This document shows, piece by piece, positions 27,957-39,252 of a stretch of 60,216 nucleotides of DNA. The DNA is from Candidatus Latescibacterota bacterium (GTDB taxonomy: Bacteria; Latescibacterota; 4484-107). The number at the start of each line of letters is the position of its first letter. Position 1 is the stretch's first letter. The DNA lies in assembly GCA_043804415.1 (NCBI GenBank), contig JAZDJA010000031.1, positions 1-60,216 of the forward strand. Reading direction: 5' to 3'. A program made the translations under genes and the position numbers. The notes below the pieces were generated by a model. The model saw only the letters and a list, made by a program, of their open reading frames with translations. It ran no database searches and was not told the DNA's origin.

Positions 27957-29561
27957 TTACTCCACATCTCTGATCTTCAGATGCGCGGTCCGGGCGCGCC
28001 ACGCGGGAACGGATTCCTCCTCTCCGGAGATATCTGCCCACAGCATGGTCATCCACAGAAACCGGGTGGTGCCCGTGGTAAGCGTGGTCACGTGATCCCC
28101 TCTCAGCACCACCGTTTGCTCGGCGGTCTTCCCTTCGTATTCGATGCGCACCGTGTATTTCCCTCCGGTCAGCCGGTGGAAGAGCAAGCCGTCATAGGGG
28201 CTTCCTCCGTTCAATTTCTCCGTTTCTTCCCCTGGGGACAATCGCACCTCGTCCAAAAAGATCACCACGCGCGCCAGATCCAGTCCCACTGCATGCCCGC
28301 CAGTAAGCACTGCGAGTGCGGCGTTCGGCTCCCCTTGGTACGACCGTTCCGGCCTGGATTCTCTAAAAGCCGTGTTCCCGAGGCCGCCGGCCTGCGACAA
28401 GGCAAAAACGACCAGGTTGGTGGAAAGCTCAGTCATCGGTTTATAGAGCACCGACACCGATGAATCCGGATTCACGCCCAAAACGGGGATCTCCATGGGC
28501 GCGAAGGCGACCAGCCGGCCTTCCGATCCGATGCCCTTAAACACGGATGGAAGCGAACGATCTGGAGATTGTTTTCGCAGATTTTCCATTCGAAAAAGCG
28601 CGTATAGCTCCTGGGAGGAGAGGTCAAAAAAGCTTTCAAAGACCTCGTGATCGTCCGGAAGGTCAAAGAAGGTGAAGCGATTCGGGTGCGCCTCCAGAAG
28701 ATAACGCGCGAGCTGACCATACAACTCGATGTTCGGAAGAACCAGAAATCCGCCCTTGAGCAGATAATCTCCAAGAAATTCGATATCCTGTTTTTCGACG
28801 CCTGCAACGATTTTGAGCGTATCCACGCCCACACCAAACGGTTCGCGTTTCGTTCCCGTATCGTCATAGCGTATGGGCTCCGGGCTGCCCATAAAGAGCA
28901 TGGGTGTCTTAAGGAGTTCGGGAGAACGCAGATCGACGAGGTGATCCTCGGCGCCAACCCGAAGTCTGGTGCGGCTGCTCAGGTTTTCAGCGAGCCGGGT
29001 CAGATCCATCCCCTCCGTGCCTGAGGTCCGGGCGATGTGGAAGAATCCCTCGATGTTCCGCCGATCTGCCGGATCCAGGACGACGAAGGACTTGAATCCG
29101 GCGCGCTCCAGATCATCCCACCGCAACAGGTCGCGCTTCGGATCGAGGCGGGGCGACTTGGGCACGCCAAATTCGTCCGTGGGGATCCGTTCGGGGGATG
29201 GAACCACGTATGTTGATGGCTTGGCCCCCACGAGGGAGGATATCCGCTCCTCGGAAAAGGAGGGCTCCGGAAGCCTCATTTCTCCCCAGAGTGGAAGGGA
29301 ACCGGGCATGGCGCGCATTTCGGGATCGGCATGCCGAAGCAATCGCTCCATGCGTATTTCATGGCCGCTTCTTCCCATTGCGATCGTCCTGAATCGCTTG
29401 GCCTCAGGAGACCTTGCCGGACGAAACAACACGCGATAGATCCGGTCTTGCCCCCGGAACGACTGCATCCCGAAACGCCAGAACACCGCACCATGAAGCA
29501 GCATGGAAAGCACCATACACGCTGTCAAGATCCAACGTCTGACTGATGCATGATCGGACAT
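27957..29561 (-). CDS. Membrane-anchored DUF4159-like domain protein
   Basis: N-terminal TM (SMLLHG); L.SPELLK.P.LF, LGDYLL.GGFL, HEVF.SFFD, GI...GRLVA, NLVVFAL. Confidence 0.6.
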   Translation of the reverse strand: MSDHASVRRWILTACMVLSMLLHGAVFWRFGMQSFRGQDRIYRVLFRPARSPEAKRFRTIAMGRSGHEIRMERLLRHADPEMRAMPGSLPLWGEMRLPEPSFSEERISSLVGAKPSTYVVPSPERIPTDEFGVPKSPRLDPKRDLLRWDDLERAGFKSFVVLDPADRRNIEGFFHIARTSGTEGMDLTRLAENLSSRTRLRVGAEDHLVDLRSPELLKTPMLFMGSPEPIRYDDTGTKREPFGVGVDTLKIVAGVEKQDIEFLGDYLLKGGFLVLPNIELYGQLARYLLEAHPNRFTFFDLPDDHEVFESFFDLSSQELYALFRMENLRKQSPDRSLPSVFKGIGSEGRLVAFAPMEIPVLGVNPDSSVSVLYKPMTELSTNLVVFALSQAGGLGNTAFRESRPERSYQGEPNAALAVLTGGHAVGLDLARVVIFLDEVRLSPGEETEKLNGGSPYDGLLFHRLTGGKYTVRIEYEGKTAEQTVVLRGDHVTTLTTGTTRFLWMTMLWADISGEEESVPAWRARTAHLKIRDVE

Positions 29562-29639
29562 AGGTGTTTCCCCCTGACAGTTCCCGCGCAACTCAGTGTT
29601 CCAATGGCACATGCCGAAAAGCTGTGGACGAACAAGAGA

Positions 29640-29668
29640 AATATAGGTTCCGGGAAGCACCTTGTCAA
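29640..29668 (-). promoter_or_regulatory. Sigma70-type promoter
   Basis: TTGACA (29668-29663), 17 bp spacer, TATATT. Confidence 0.65.
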
Positions 29669-29854
29669 GCTCTTTATGCCTCCCCTCCGGATCGTCGCCT
29701 CTCGCATTGATCCGTAGAACAAGGGCTCGCCCATCTCAAGAGATCCCTGCGTTCTTCTCGATGAACTGCCCGAAGAGGACCTCGTTCTTCGCGCTCAAAA
29801 AAAAGGCCGCTGCGAGACGCTGCAGCGGCGGGGACATACCACGCAAACCAAAGG

Positions 29855-30790
29855 CTATCCGGCGCGCTCCACAAAATCCAGGGTCTCTTCCATCGAACGC
29901 ACGCCGGTGGTACATCCGATCGCCCCGATGCAGAAGGCGGCCGAGGCGCTCCCAAAACGGGCGCACCGCTCCATATCCCAGCCCTCGAGAATGCCCCGCA
30001 GGAATCCGGCCACAAAGGAATCCCCCGCCCCGGAGGTGTCCACTACCTGGGTCGAAAAAGGCAGAATCTGCTTTTCCATCTCGTGGGTCTTCAGATAGAA
30101 TCCCTCAGCGCCCAACTTGATCCCCACCACACCGGGACAGCGTTGTGCAAGCTTTGCCGCGATGGCCTTGGGATCGGACTCTCCCGTGATCTTCTCGGCC
30201 TCTTCGAAGCTCGGAAGGAAATAGTCGAGATGTGGAAGACACAGATCGGCGATCTTTGTCCAGTCCTCCGTCAGATTGTTGAAGGCCGTGTCCATCGAGG
30301 TGATCACCCCGCGCTTCTGCGCCTCCTTCAAAAGTTCTGCGGTCTGTTCCCCATCGAAGGTGGGCATCAGATAGGTACCGGCCACGTGCAGTATCCGAGC
30401 GTCATCCAGCACCGCAAGATTGATATCATCCAGGCCAAACGCCGCACTGGCACCCATGCAGTGCAGGAACCGCCGTTTCCCGGCCGACGAGATCATCACG
30501 AAGGTGAAGGCAGTGCTCACCGAGGGATCCCGAACCACGCCATCGGCATCCGCGCCATTCTCCTGGATGGTCTTTATGATAAAATCCCCAAACCCGTCCG
30601 CGCCCACTTTTCCAACCACCTTCACCTTCGCGCCCAACTTGCTCAGCACGATCCCGGTATTTGCCGCACACCCTCCGATGTGCAACTCCATCCGGTCAAA
30701 CAGGGCCAGACGGTCCTCCTCCGGGATCTGGTCAATCGGCTTCCCCATCGCATCTGCCACCACGATACCTAATGAGACTACGTCCGTCAT
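29855..30790 (-). CDS. PfkB-family carbohydrate kinase
   Basis: GGCAANT...L.KLG, G.VG.DGFG, DTSGAGDSFVAGF. Confidence 0.93.
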   Translation of the reverse strand: MTDVVSLGIVVADAMGKPIDQIPEEDRLALFDRMELHIGGCAANTGIVLSKLGAKVKVVGKVGADGFGDFIIKTIQENGADADGVVRDPSVSTAFTFVMISSAGKRRFLHCMGASAAFGLDDINLAVLDDARILHVAGTYLMPTFDGEQTAELLKEAQKRGVITSMDTAFNNLTEDWTKIADLCLPHLDYFLPSFEEAEKITGESDPKAIAAKLAQRCPGVVGIKLGAEGFYLKTHEMEKQILPFSTQVVDTSGAGDSFVAGFLRGILEGWDMERCARFGSASAAFCIGAIGCTTGVRSMEETLDFVERAG

Positions 30791-30896
30791 TGGATTACTC
30801 CCCAGAACAAAAGGTAGAATGAAAAAAGAAACGCGCAACATGCACCGCAGTCTGGCATTGACCTCTTGACTTTTGCACTTTGGCTCCCGACTCCAG

Positions 30897-31688
30897 TTAC
30901 TCCAGACCGAATATCCGCCGTGCGTTCTCCCCCAGAATTTTACGTTTGTCCGCATCGCTGATCCGCGCGTAGAGGACCTTTCCGATCTGCTGGGCCTCCG
31001 AGAGAAAAGGCATGTCGGAACCGAAGAGGATCTTTTCCGCGCCCACTTCCTCCACAAACCGCTCGATCCAGCCATATCCCACCTGAGAGGTGGCCTGATC
31101 GAGATAGATGTTGGGATGGCCTGCAGCCAATTTCACATAGGTGTTGAAATCGACCACCCCTGCATGCGCGAGGATAAATGAGATGTTGGGATACGCCTCC
31201 GCCAGCGAGTCGAACACCTCCGCATCTTTCCCCCATGTGTGCGCCAGGATCGGGAAACCCCGCTGGTTCGCCAGCTCATAGCCGGGGCGATAGCGCTCCC
31301 CGTCATAGGGATATCCATTGCAGCTGTGCAATTTGATCTGCCGCATGCCGAGAGACACACATCGCTCCAGTTCCTCCAAAACGCCGTCCTGGTGTCTCGG
31401 ATTGAGAAATGCATATCCCAGTACCCGCCCTGGATACCGCCGCATGGCATCGGCGACCATATCGTTTCCCATCTGGAAATCCGGTCCGATAGCCACATGA
31501 GGCGAAGCGATGATGGTATCGATCCCAACCCGATCCATCACCCGGATCATGCCCTCCACGGTATTCTCCGGAATATAAAAGGCAAAATAGGGCCCCATAT
31601 GGCAGTGCCCGTCAACGACCCTCACGCCCTCCAGCGTTTCTCCGGCCTCGGCGTGTTTCAAAAAGACACTCTCTCTGTACTCGCTCAT
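30897..31688 (-). CDS. Amidohydrolase (amidohydro_2-type TIM barrel)
   Basis: DGHCH, KLH, LAH, ILAHAG, LFGSDMP, KILGENARR. Confidence 0.85.
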   Translation of the reverse strand: MSEYRESVFLKHAEAGETLEGVRVVDGHCHMGPYFAFYIPENTVEGMIRVMDRVGIDTIIASPHVAIGPDFQMGNDMVADAMRRYPGRVLGYAFLNPRHQDGVLEELERCVSLGMRQIKLHSCNGYPYDGERYRPGYELANQRGFPILAHTWGKDAEVFDSLAEAYPNISFILAHAGVVDFNTYVKLAAGHPNIYLDQATSQVGYGWIERFVEEVGAEKILFGSDMPFLSEAQQIGKVLYARISDADKRKILGENARRIFGLE

Positions 31689-32437
31689 CGGATTACATCC
31701 CCAAGCAGTCGCTCCAAGGTCTCCCCCGCAATCTGGCGCTTCTCCTCGGAGGAAATCTGCGCGTATCGCACCGCAGTCAGCGCTGTTCCGGGTGTGAATA
31801 AGGGTACTCGCGTCCCGAACAACAACCGTTCTGCACCAAACCGGCGGCAGATGGCCTCGATCCCGAGGTGCACCCCATACCACGATATCTCAACGTATAG
31901 ATTATCAAAGGCCTCAAACAGCGGATAGAGGCTGCGATCCTCCCGATAGCCCACGCCGGTCAGGATCAACGGCAGATCGCGGTGGGTGCTGCAGAGCTCC
32001 CACACTTCTCTCCACTCGATCTGATCCTTGTCGATGAGCACCGGAATCCGTCTGGCCTCCAATGCCTTCCAGAGCGACCCGCAGCACCACTCGGACAAAG
32101 AGAAAGCATGCAGCTTCGGGAACATGCGGACAGAGTGGACCCCCGCCCGGATCATGGTCTGGACAAACGCCTCGGGCTCCTGCATCTCCTGGGTATGGGC
32201 GGGCAATACCACCCAACATCCGTGAAGCGACTCATGCTCCTTGATCTCCTCCAGCAGACGCTCGTTTCCCACCACCGGACTGTATTCCTTCGCCAGCGTA
32301 TGGAACACCAAGGTTTTGACGATCCCGAAATAGGCCCGGTCCTCCAGCAACTGATCCACCCGCCAGATTTCCCCGGGGTTCGCCTCGGTGCGCCGACCGA
32401 TCATGCAGTTGCTGTCGAAGAACGAAAGCGATGTCAC
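31685..32437 (-). CDS. Amidohydrolase-fold protein lacking metal ligands
   Basis: DSNC in place of DxHxH and FGTR in place of FGSD; ATGA overlap with the downstream paralogue. Confidence 0.75.
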   Translation of the reverse strand: MTSLSFFDSNCMIGRRTEANPGEIWRVDQLLEDRAYFGIVKTLVFHTLAKEYSPVVGNERLLEEIKEHESLHGCWVVLPAHTQEMQEPEAFVQTMIRAGVHSVRMFPKLHAFSLSEWCCGSLWKALEARRIPVLIDKDQIEWREVWELCSTHRDLPLILTGVGYREDRSLYPLFEAFDNLYVEISWYGVHLGIEAICRRFGAERLLFGTRVPLFTPGTALTAVRYAQISSEEKRQIAGETLERLLGDVIR

Positions 32438-32650
32438 CTTGCTGACCTCCCTTTCTTCCGAATGGGCGCAACCCCATCGCCGCTGAGAATGAAAGGATTC
32501 AGAAAAACACCCAAAACAAAGGCCAAAGTGGACTCCATCAGCTCCTTGCTCATGTGATCCGTGCAAATCTGTGGGTTCCGTGTCCTATCGTCTATACATT
32601 TTCTTCGCCGTTATTGCGATTTTTCACGCAGCCACGCCAATTCAACCTCT

Positions 32651-33256
32651 CTAGTTCCCCTCCAAAACCCGCTCGAGCTCCCGAATTTCATCCCGAATCA
32701 CTGCTGCCTGTTCGTAGTCCTCTTGCTCCACAGCCTGCTTCAGCCGCAGGTTGAGAACGCCGATCTTCTGGCCAAGCTCCGAAGTCTTTGGGATCGCCGG
32801 AGCATCCTCGGCCTGTTCGATCTGCTCTGGGGTAATCTTCTGCCCTTCACCGGTTCCCTTCACCCGGATCCCCACCTGATCCAACACATTCTCCGCTACG
32901 TAGATGGGAGCTTCCACCCTCAGCGCCAAGGCGATGGCATCGCTCGGACGGGAGTCAATCGCCAGCACAGCTTCGCTGGTCTCCAGCGTAATCTGAGCAT
33001 AGAAAGTATTCTGCACCAGTCTGTTCACGGAGACCTTGGAGACCTTTGCACCCAGCGCATCCAGGACCGATTTGAGAAGATCGTGCGTCATCGGTCTGGG
33101 CGGTTCCTGATGCTCCAGCTTCATGGAGATCTGCGTGGCCTCGAAATACCCGATTCCGATGAGCAGGGCCACCTCCTCGTCCGCATCCTTCAGGAGAACA
33201 AACGGCCCGTGGTTCGTCGATTGGATCCCCACGGCTGCGACCTTCATCAGTACCAT
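32651..33256 (-). CDS. Bifunctional nuclease (DUF151) with UVR domain
   Basis: I.IG.FEA..I, PRPMTHDL, IDSRPSDAIALALR, L.QAVE.EDYE.AA.IRDEI. Confidence 0.9.
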   Translation of the reverse strand: MVLMKVAAVGIQSTNHGPFVLLKDADEEVALLIGIGYFEATQISMKLEHQEPPRPMTHDLLKSVLDALGAKVSKVSVNRLVQNTFYAQITLETSEAVLAIDSRPSDAIALALRVEAPIYVAENVLDQVGIRVKGTGEGQKITPEQIEQAEDAPAIPKTSELGQKIGVLNLRLKQAVEQEDYEQAAVIRDEIRELERVLEGN

Positions 33257-33371
33257 GGCATCCTCCAAATCCGGTGTGCTGCCGGGAAGTTACAGGGGTG
33301 GGTATCGACTGCAGATGGGTTCTCTATCCGTTCGGCAAAAGATTATCGTGCCGGCAGCAGGATACGCTGCC

Positions 33372-34532
<1,161 letters not shown>

Positions 34533-34750
34533 TCAACAACAACCCGTAAGCAGCAGAACATGGGCAATACGCCTGCCCCCTTCGTTTGGACACGGATTAC
34601 ACGGATCGTCGGACAATTTTCATGGGCTGTAGAGGGATAGTCCTTTGTTACACAGCAGCGTAATCCCGTTTCTGCCATTTCGCTTTTGAACCCGCCCAAT
34701 CCGCGGCTGCATCCCCGGGTCGCCGCTTGGCCACATGGTATTCGCCCTCT

Positions 34751-35920
34751 CTACCGAGCCAACTCAGAGGCCCACACAAACTGAAATCCCTGTCTCTCCA
34801 ACTTTGGAAGCTCCTCTTTGAGCACGTTTAGCGTATGGAGACGCGGGTGCCCGATACCCAGGGCGCTCCCGTTTTGCACCGCAAGATTGGCCAGTTTAGC
34901 AAGCGCCGTCCGGATCGCCTGTGGATCATCCTCGTGATCCAGGAAGACGTCCCGCTTGGCGCACGGCACCGGCATCCCTTTCGCCACCGCAAGCGCCACC
35001 GATTTTCCGGAAGTGTAGCTGTCTATGAAGAATAGCTTGTTTCGTTTCACCTCACCGAGTACCGCTTGCATCACCTGTTCGTCTTCGGTGGCTCTGGATC
35101 CCATGTGGTTGTTCAGTCCCACCGCATGGGGCACGGTTCCGATCGCGGTTTTCGTGCGTCCTCTTACCTCCTCCGCGGATTGCCGCACATAGATGGCATC
35201 CTCCCCCGGATCGGTATCCGGATACTCGTGCGGTTCCATCGGAAGATGAATCATCACCTGATGGCCGCTTTGATGAACCGCTTCGGCGATTTCCCCGGAC
35301 CGCTGTCCGTTGGGGAAAACAGAGAGCGTCAGACGCTGAGGGATGCGGCAGAATGCCTCGATCCGCTTCGCCTTCTGGGTTCCGAAATCGTCCAGTAAGA
35401 TGGCGATGCTTCCCACCCGTCGGGTGATCTGCTCATCGGGGACCAAGGTAACCACGTCGGTGGGCACCTCACCCATGCCAACCTTCATCACCACGGCTGC
35501 ATTCTTGAGATCCTCCTGCGCCGAGATCATGGTTCCATTGAGCCGGTGCACCAAACGGGTGATTTCCAGATTGCAGACCAAAAGGGACAGGTCTCGGGGT
35601 ACCCGCACCCGAATTCGGTGGCAAAGCTCCTGACCGCTTGGGCGCTGCTCCCGGATCAGTTCCCTCCAGATTCCGATTTCTTCCAGGGCGGGTGCCAGAG
35701 ACACCCGGAAACTATCGGAAAAAGCCGCATGGCGTTTCTCCCACTCAGGCGCCTTCGCGACCGGTCCAACCGGCTGCGACTTCTGGAAAAGATAGAGAAC
35801 CCCGACCCCGAGGAGGAAACCCACCAAAACCGCCCCAAGGATGGGAAAAATCTTTTTTCTTCCGGCTCTGTTTTTCCCTTTTCCTCTATTTTTAGGTCTG
35901 GGCGTCCGTTTTGTTTTCAT
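34751..35920 (-). CDS. Divergent polysaccharide deacetylase family protein
   Basis: IAILLDDFG, HLPMEP, GLNNHMGS, FFIDSYT, RDVFLD, IGHP; N-terminal TM; start overlaps the wzc stop. Confidence 0.88.
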   Translation of the reverse strand: MKTKRTPRPKNRGKGKNRAGRKKIFPILGAVLVGFLLGVGVLYLFQKSQPVGPVAKAPEWEKRHAAFSDSFRVSLAPALEEIGIWRELIREQRPSGQELCHRIRVRVPRDLSLLVCNLEITRLVHRLNGTMISAQEDLKNAAVVMKVGMGEVPTDVVTLVPDEQITRRVGSIAILLDDFGTQKAKRIEAFCRIPQRLTLSVFPNGQRSGEIAEAVHQSGHQVMIHLPMEPHEYPDTDPGEDAIYVRQSAEEVRGRTKTAIGTVPHAVGLNNHMGSRATEDEQVMQAVLGEVKRNKLFFIDSYTSGKSVALAVAKGMPVPCAKRDVFLDHEDDPQAIRTALAKLANLAVQNGSALGIGHPRLHTLNVLKEELPKLERQGFQFVWASELAR

Positions 35921-38084
35921 CCGAGTGATCATATTGGTAGTAGTTGTAGTAATGATAGTAGCGGGAGTAATAACGATAGTACCCGGGTCTTCGGACGACT
36001 TCCACATCGTTTAGGATGGCCCCGATGATGGGCGCTCCCACCTTCTGCAAAATCTCCACGGCGTGATGGGCCGCTTCCTTGTGGGTGCCGCCATGCTTTA
36101 CGACAAGGAGAACCCCGTCCATCTTGGAGGCCAACAGGGCGCCGTCGGTGACGGGGATCAGCGGCGGGGTATCGTAAATCACCATGTCATACTCCGCCGT
36201 CAATTTCCGGATCAGATCGCTCATCCTGTTGGAGCCCAGCAACTCCGCCGTGTTGGGAGAACCTTTCCCAGCAGGGATCAAACTCAGATTGACCACCTCG
36301 GTGGGCACGATGACCTCCTCCAGCGCCGCAGTGCCTACGAGATAGTCGGTCAGTCCCGGTGTCTTTCCGACTCCGAACAGTTTATGCTGGCGGGGTTTCC
36401 TCAGATCCGCGTCCACAACAAGGGTCCGCTTGTCCATCTCCGCAAACGAAATGGCCAAATTGGCCACCGTGAGCGTCTTCCCCTCTGAGGGACCCGGGCT
36501 GCTGATCAGAAGGGACTTCAGAGCCTTATCTACGTTGGAAAACTGAAGATTGGTGCGCAGGGACCGATAGCTCTCCACCACCGTATCTTTGGTGTCCTGC
36601 TGGGAGATCAGTACCGGATCGACGCGTTCTCCTGCCGGCGTTCTCCTTTTCTTGTCGGAGCCCTTCAGTCGCATCATCGAAATCTGCTGCATATCGGGGA
36701 TCGTTCCCATCACAGACAGGTTCAGCGTCTGTAAGATGTCCTCCGGAGTGCGAACGGTATTGTCCATATATTCCAGGGCAAAAGCGATGCCCAGACCCAA
36801 TCCCAGTCCCACCAGCGTTCCCAGTACCAGATTCCGCTTGGAGTGGGCGGGTACCGGTTCTTCGGGTTTTCTGGGCCGCTCGATGATCTTAATGCCCCCG
36901 GTTCCCGTGGCCGCATTGATCTTGGCTTCTTCCCCCTTCTCCAGCAGGATACCATACATGCTTTCGAACACCATACGCCCCCGGGTCAGTCGGGCCAACT
37001 CGATGGCATCCTCCAGCATGTTGGGATGCTGCGCCTTGAATTGCTCGATCAGATTCTCGTAGTAACGCTCCTGGCTTTCCAGCACGTAGATATTGAGCTC
37101 TTCTGCGGTTCTGCGTTCCTGAAGCTTGATGATCTCCACCTGCATCCCCGAACTTCGCACGTCCGTATTTCCGACGATCAGTTCGACCAGCTGCTTTTTC
37201 TTTGTAGACAACTCCTTGTCCAGGGAGGGTATCTCGGGATGTTGCCCCCCGGATTGCCGAACCAGGTTGGCGCGTATGCTCTCCAGGGTGGCGATCTCAC
37301 GGCTGAGCCCCTCGGTCTCGCGGCTTCCCACTCCTTTGCCGGGCAACACCTGGGTGATCTGAAGATCATAGGCCTCCAGGTTGGCCTGAGCCAGTTCCTT
37401 CTGGGCCTGGACGCGGGCCGACTCCGTCTCGAGCTCGATCAGTTTTCCAAGTGCCCCGCCTTCCTCTCCGTTCCCCACGATGCCCACACGCTCCCGGAAG
37501 GCCTGAAGTTTTTTCTCCTCCGCCTCCAATTTCTCCTGCGCCTCGATCTTTTGGGCTTCAATGAAGTCCAATACCCCCTGCGCCTCCTCCTTGTCCAATC
37601 CCCGGCTCCGATTCTTCAGCTCGTCCGTGCCCGCCAAAGCCAGCAGATAACAGAACAACGGGCTGTCGCCCGTGGCCTTGACCTCGAGAAAATCTGAGGT
37701 TTTCGATGTACTGAGAGAGAGATTGAATTCGACCATCTCACGGACTTCGTCGAACGGAAGCAGAATGCCGTGCGGGTTTCGAAGCTGCTCGACGACCTTC
37801 AGCGCCACCTGATCGCGATAGCTTGGGCTTTTCATAATCCGCTCGAAAAACTCCACCGGTTTGGCCAGCGAGCCGAACAGAGATCCTCTCGGATCCATCA
37901 GGTTCATCCCTTCCTCGGCTTCCACCATCAATATGCTTCCGGCCTCGTAAGAGGGAGGACGAGTAAATGTGAAATACGCGGTGGACGCCAAAACCGACAC
38001 GAAGGAGAGAAGGATGAGCCATTTCCGCCTCCATACGATTTCTAGGTAATCCTCCAAGCTGATCTGTTTTTCCTCCTCCATCAT
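35892..38084 (-). CDS. wzc: Polysaccharide co-polymerase / BY-kinase (Wzc-like)
   Basis: Two TMs, ESYRSLRTNL, SPGPSEGKT, DADLRKP, DTPP, C-terminal Tyr cluster. Confidence 0.92.
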   Translation of the reverse strand: MMEEEKQISLEDYLEIVWRRKWLILLSFVSVLASTAYFTFTRPPSYEAGSILMVEAEEGMNLMDPRGSLFGSLAKPVEFFERIMKSPSYRDQVALKVVEQLRNPHGILLPFDEVREMVEFNLSLSTSKTSDFLEVKATGDSPLFCYLLALAGTDELKNRSRGLDKEEAQGVLDFIEAQKIEAQEKLEAEEKKLQAFRERVGIVGNGEEGGALGKLIELETESARVQAQKELAQANLEAYDLQITQVLPGKGVGSRETEGLSREIATLESIRANLVRQSGGQHPEIPSLDKELSTKKKQLVELIVGNTDVRSSGMQVEIIKLQERRTAEELNIYVLESQERYYENLIEQFKAQHPNMLEDAIELARLTRGRMVFESMYGILLEKGEEAKINAATGTGGIKIIERPRKPEEPVPAHSKRNLVLGTLVGLGLGLGIAFALEYMDNTVRTPEDILQTLNLSVMGTIPDMQQISMMRLKGSDKKRRTPAGERVDPVLISQQDTKDTVVESYRSLRTNLQFSNVDKALKSLLISSPGPSEGKTLTVANLAISFAEMDKRTLVVDADLRKPRQHKLFGVGKTPGLTDYLVGTAALEEVIVPTEVVNLSLIPAGKGSPNTAELLGSNRMSDLIRKLTAEYDMVIYDTPPLIPVTDGALLASKMDGVLLVVKHGGTHKEAAHHAVEILQKVGAPIIGAILNDVEVVRRPGYYRYYSRYYHYYNYYQYDHSDENKTDAQT

Positions 38085-38217
38085 ACCCCCTTTCTTCTTC
38101 GCAGCCTGTCAAATGGCACCATTCAAACACCCCGGACATTTTGGGAACAAGAGGGACGCGATGTCTGGCATCTGAGCTTTGGAGTTTGACATCTTTGTCC
38201 GTTGGACCTTCCTTCTA

Positions 38218-39123
38218 CTACTTCGAAAGCGTAAAAAAATAATACAAGGTTACAAGGACGGAGAGATCCCGCGCGATCCCAATCAGACTTTTCCAGGTGA
38301 CCAGTCTTTCCGGCACGAAAATAATATCTCCCGGATAGACAAGCGGAAGGTCCACATTACTTTCGGAATGCAATATGTCCTTCATATTGATCGTGATGTC
38401 CCGAGCCTTCCCACCCGGTGAAATCACCCGGATTTGGCTGACTGAGGCACTCTCCGAGGGGCCTCCTGCCGCAAAAATCATGTCGAAAACGTTGGCCCTC
38501 GGAAAGGTCTCGTAGCTGCCCGGATCGCGGACTCCTCCCAAGACCTTGACCGTAGTGGCACCCAACGTTCCCGGCACAATCACTACATCCTTATCCCGCA
38601 CGGGGAAATCCACTTTCCCCTCCTCCAGGAAGTTTTGCAGGTCAACCAGATGCTCTTCCCTGGCGTCGTCCTTTTCCCGAACCACCTTCACCTTCATCAA
38701 TTCGGCACGGGGGAGCGCCCCGCCGGCCAAGGCCAAGGCACCTTGAACAGTAGAACCGACCGGGACTTCATAGACGCCCGGCATCTTGACAAATCCCAGC
38801 ACAGACACATGGAACGTATACGCCTCGGCAAGATGGACCATCACCAGGGGTCTCCCCCCGGTATATCGGGACAATCGCGCTGAGATCACCTCTTTGAGCT
38901 GGTCCAGCGTGATCCCGGCCACGGGAATGTCCTCGACAAAAGGGAAATCGATGGTCCCATCCCGGAGCACGGTAACCTGTTTGGTGAGTTCTTCATGTTC
39001 ATATACCATGACGTTGATGACATCCCCCACTTCGATTTTTTCCTGCTGTCCCCAACTGAGGCTCCAGAGTCCACCGGACAGTCCGATCGTTATCATCCAG
39101 AAAAAAAGCATTCTTCTAGGCAT
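38218..39123 (-). CDS. Polysaccharide export protein with SLBB domains (Wza-like)
   Basis: GD.I.V.V, DGTI.FP, V.G.V..PG.Y, AGG, GD.I.VP repeats. Confidence 0.88.
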   Translation of the reverse strand: MPRRMLFFWMITIGLSGGLWSLSWGQQEKIEVGDVINVMVYEHEELTKQVTVLRDGTIDFPFVEDIPVAGITLDQLKEVISARLSRYTGGRPLVMVHLAEAYTFHVSVLGFVKMPGVYEVPVGSTVQGALALAGGALPRAELMKVKVVREKDDAREEHLVDLQNFLEEGKVDFPVRDKDVVIVPGTLGATTVKVLGGVRDPGSYETFPRANVFDMIFAAGGPSESASVSQIRVISPGGKARDITINMKDILHSESNVDLPLVYPGDIIFVPERLVTWKSLIGIARDLSVLVTLYYFFTLSK

Positions 39124-39252
39124 GGAACACTCCTTTCAGCGCTACGAATTTTCTATTGGATACCGGTAAACACGGACGCACACGGGCCTAACCCTTTGGG
39201 TATCTATATGGCCACTTTGGCAAAGCCTGCCGGCATGTCTGCCTCTTCAGGA

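Noticed and set aside
35930-35985. TAG/TAA-rich periodic repeat on the plus strand
   Set aside because: It is the antisense of the Wzc tyrosine cluster codons.
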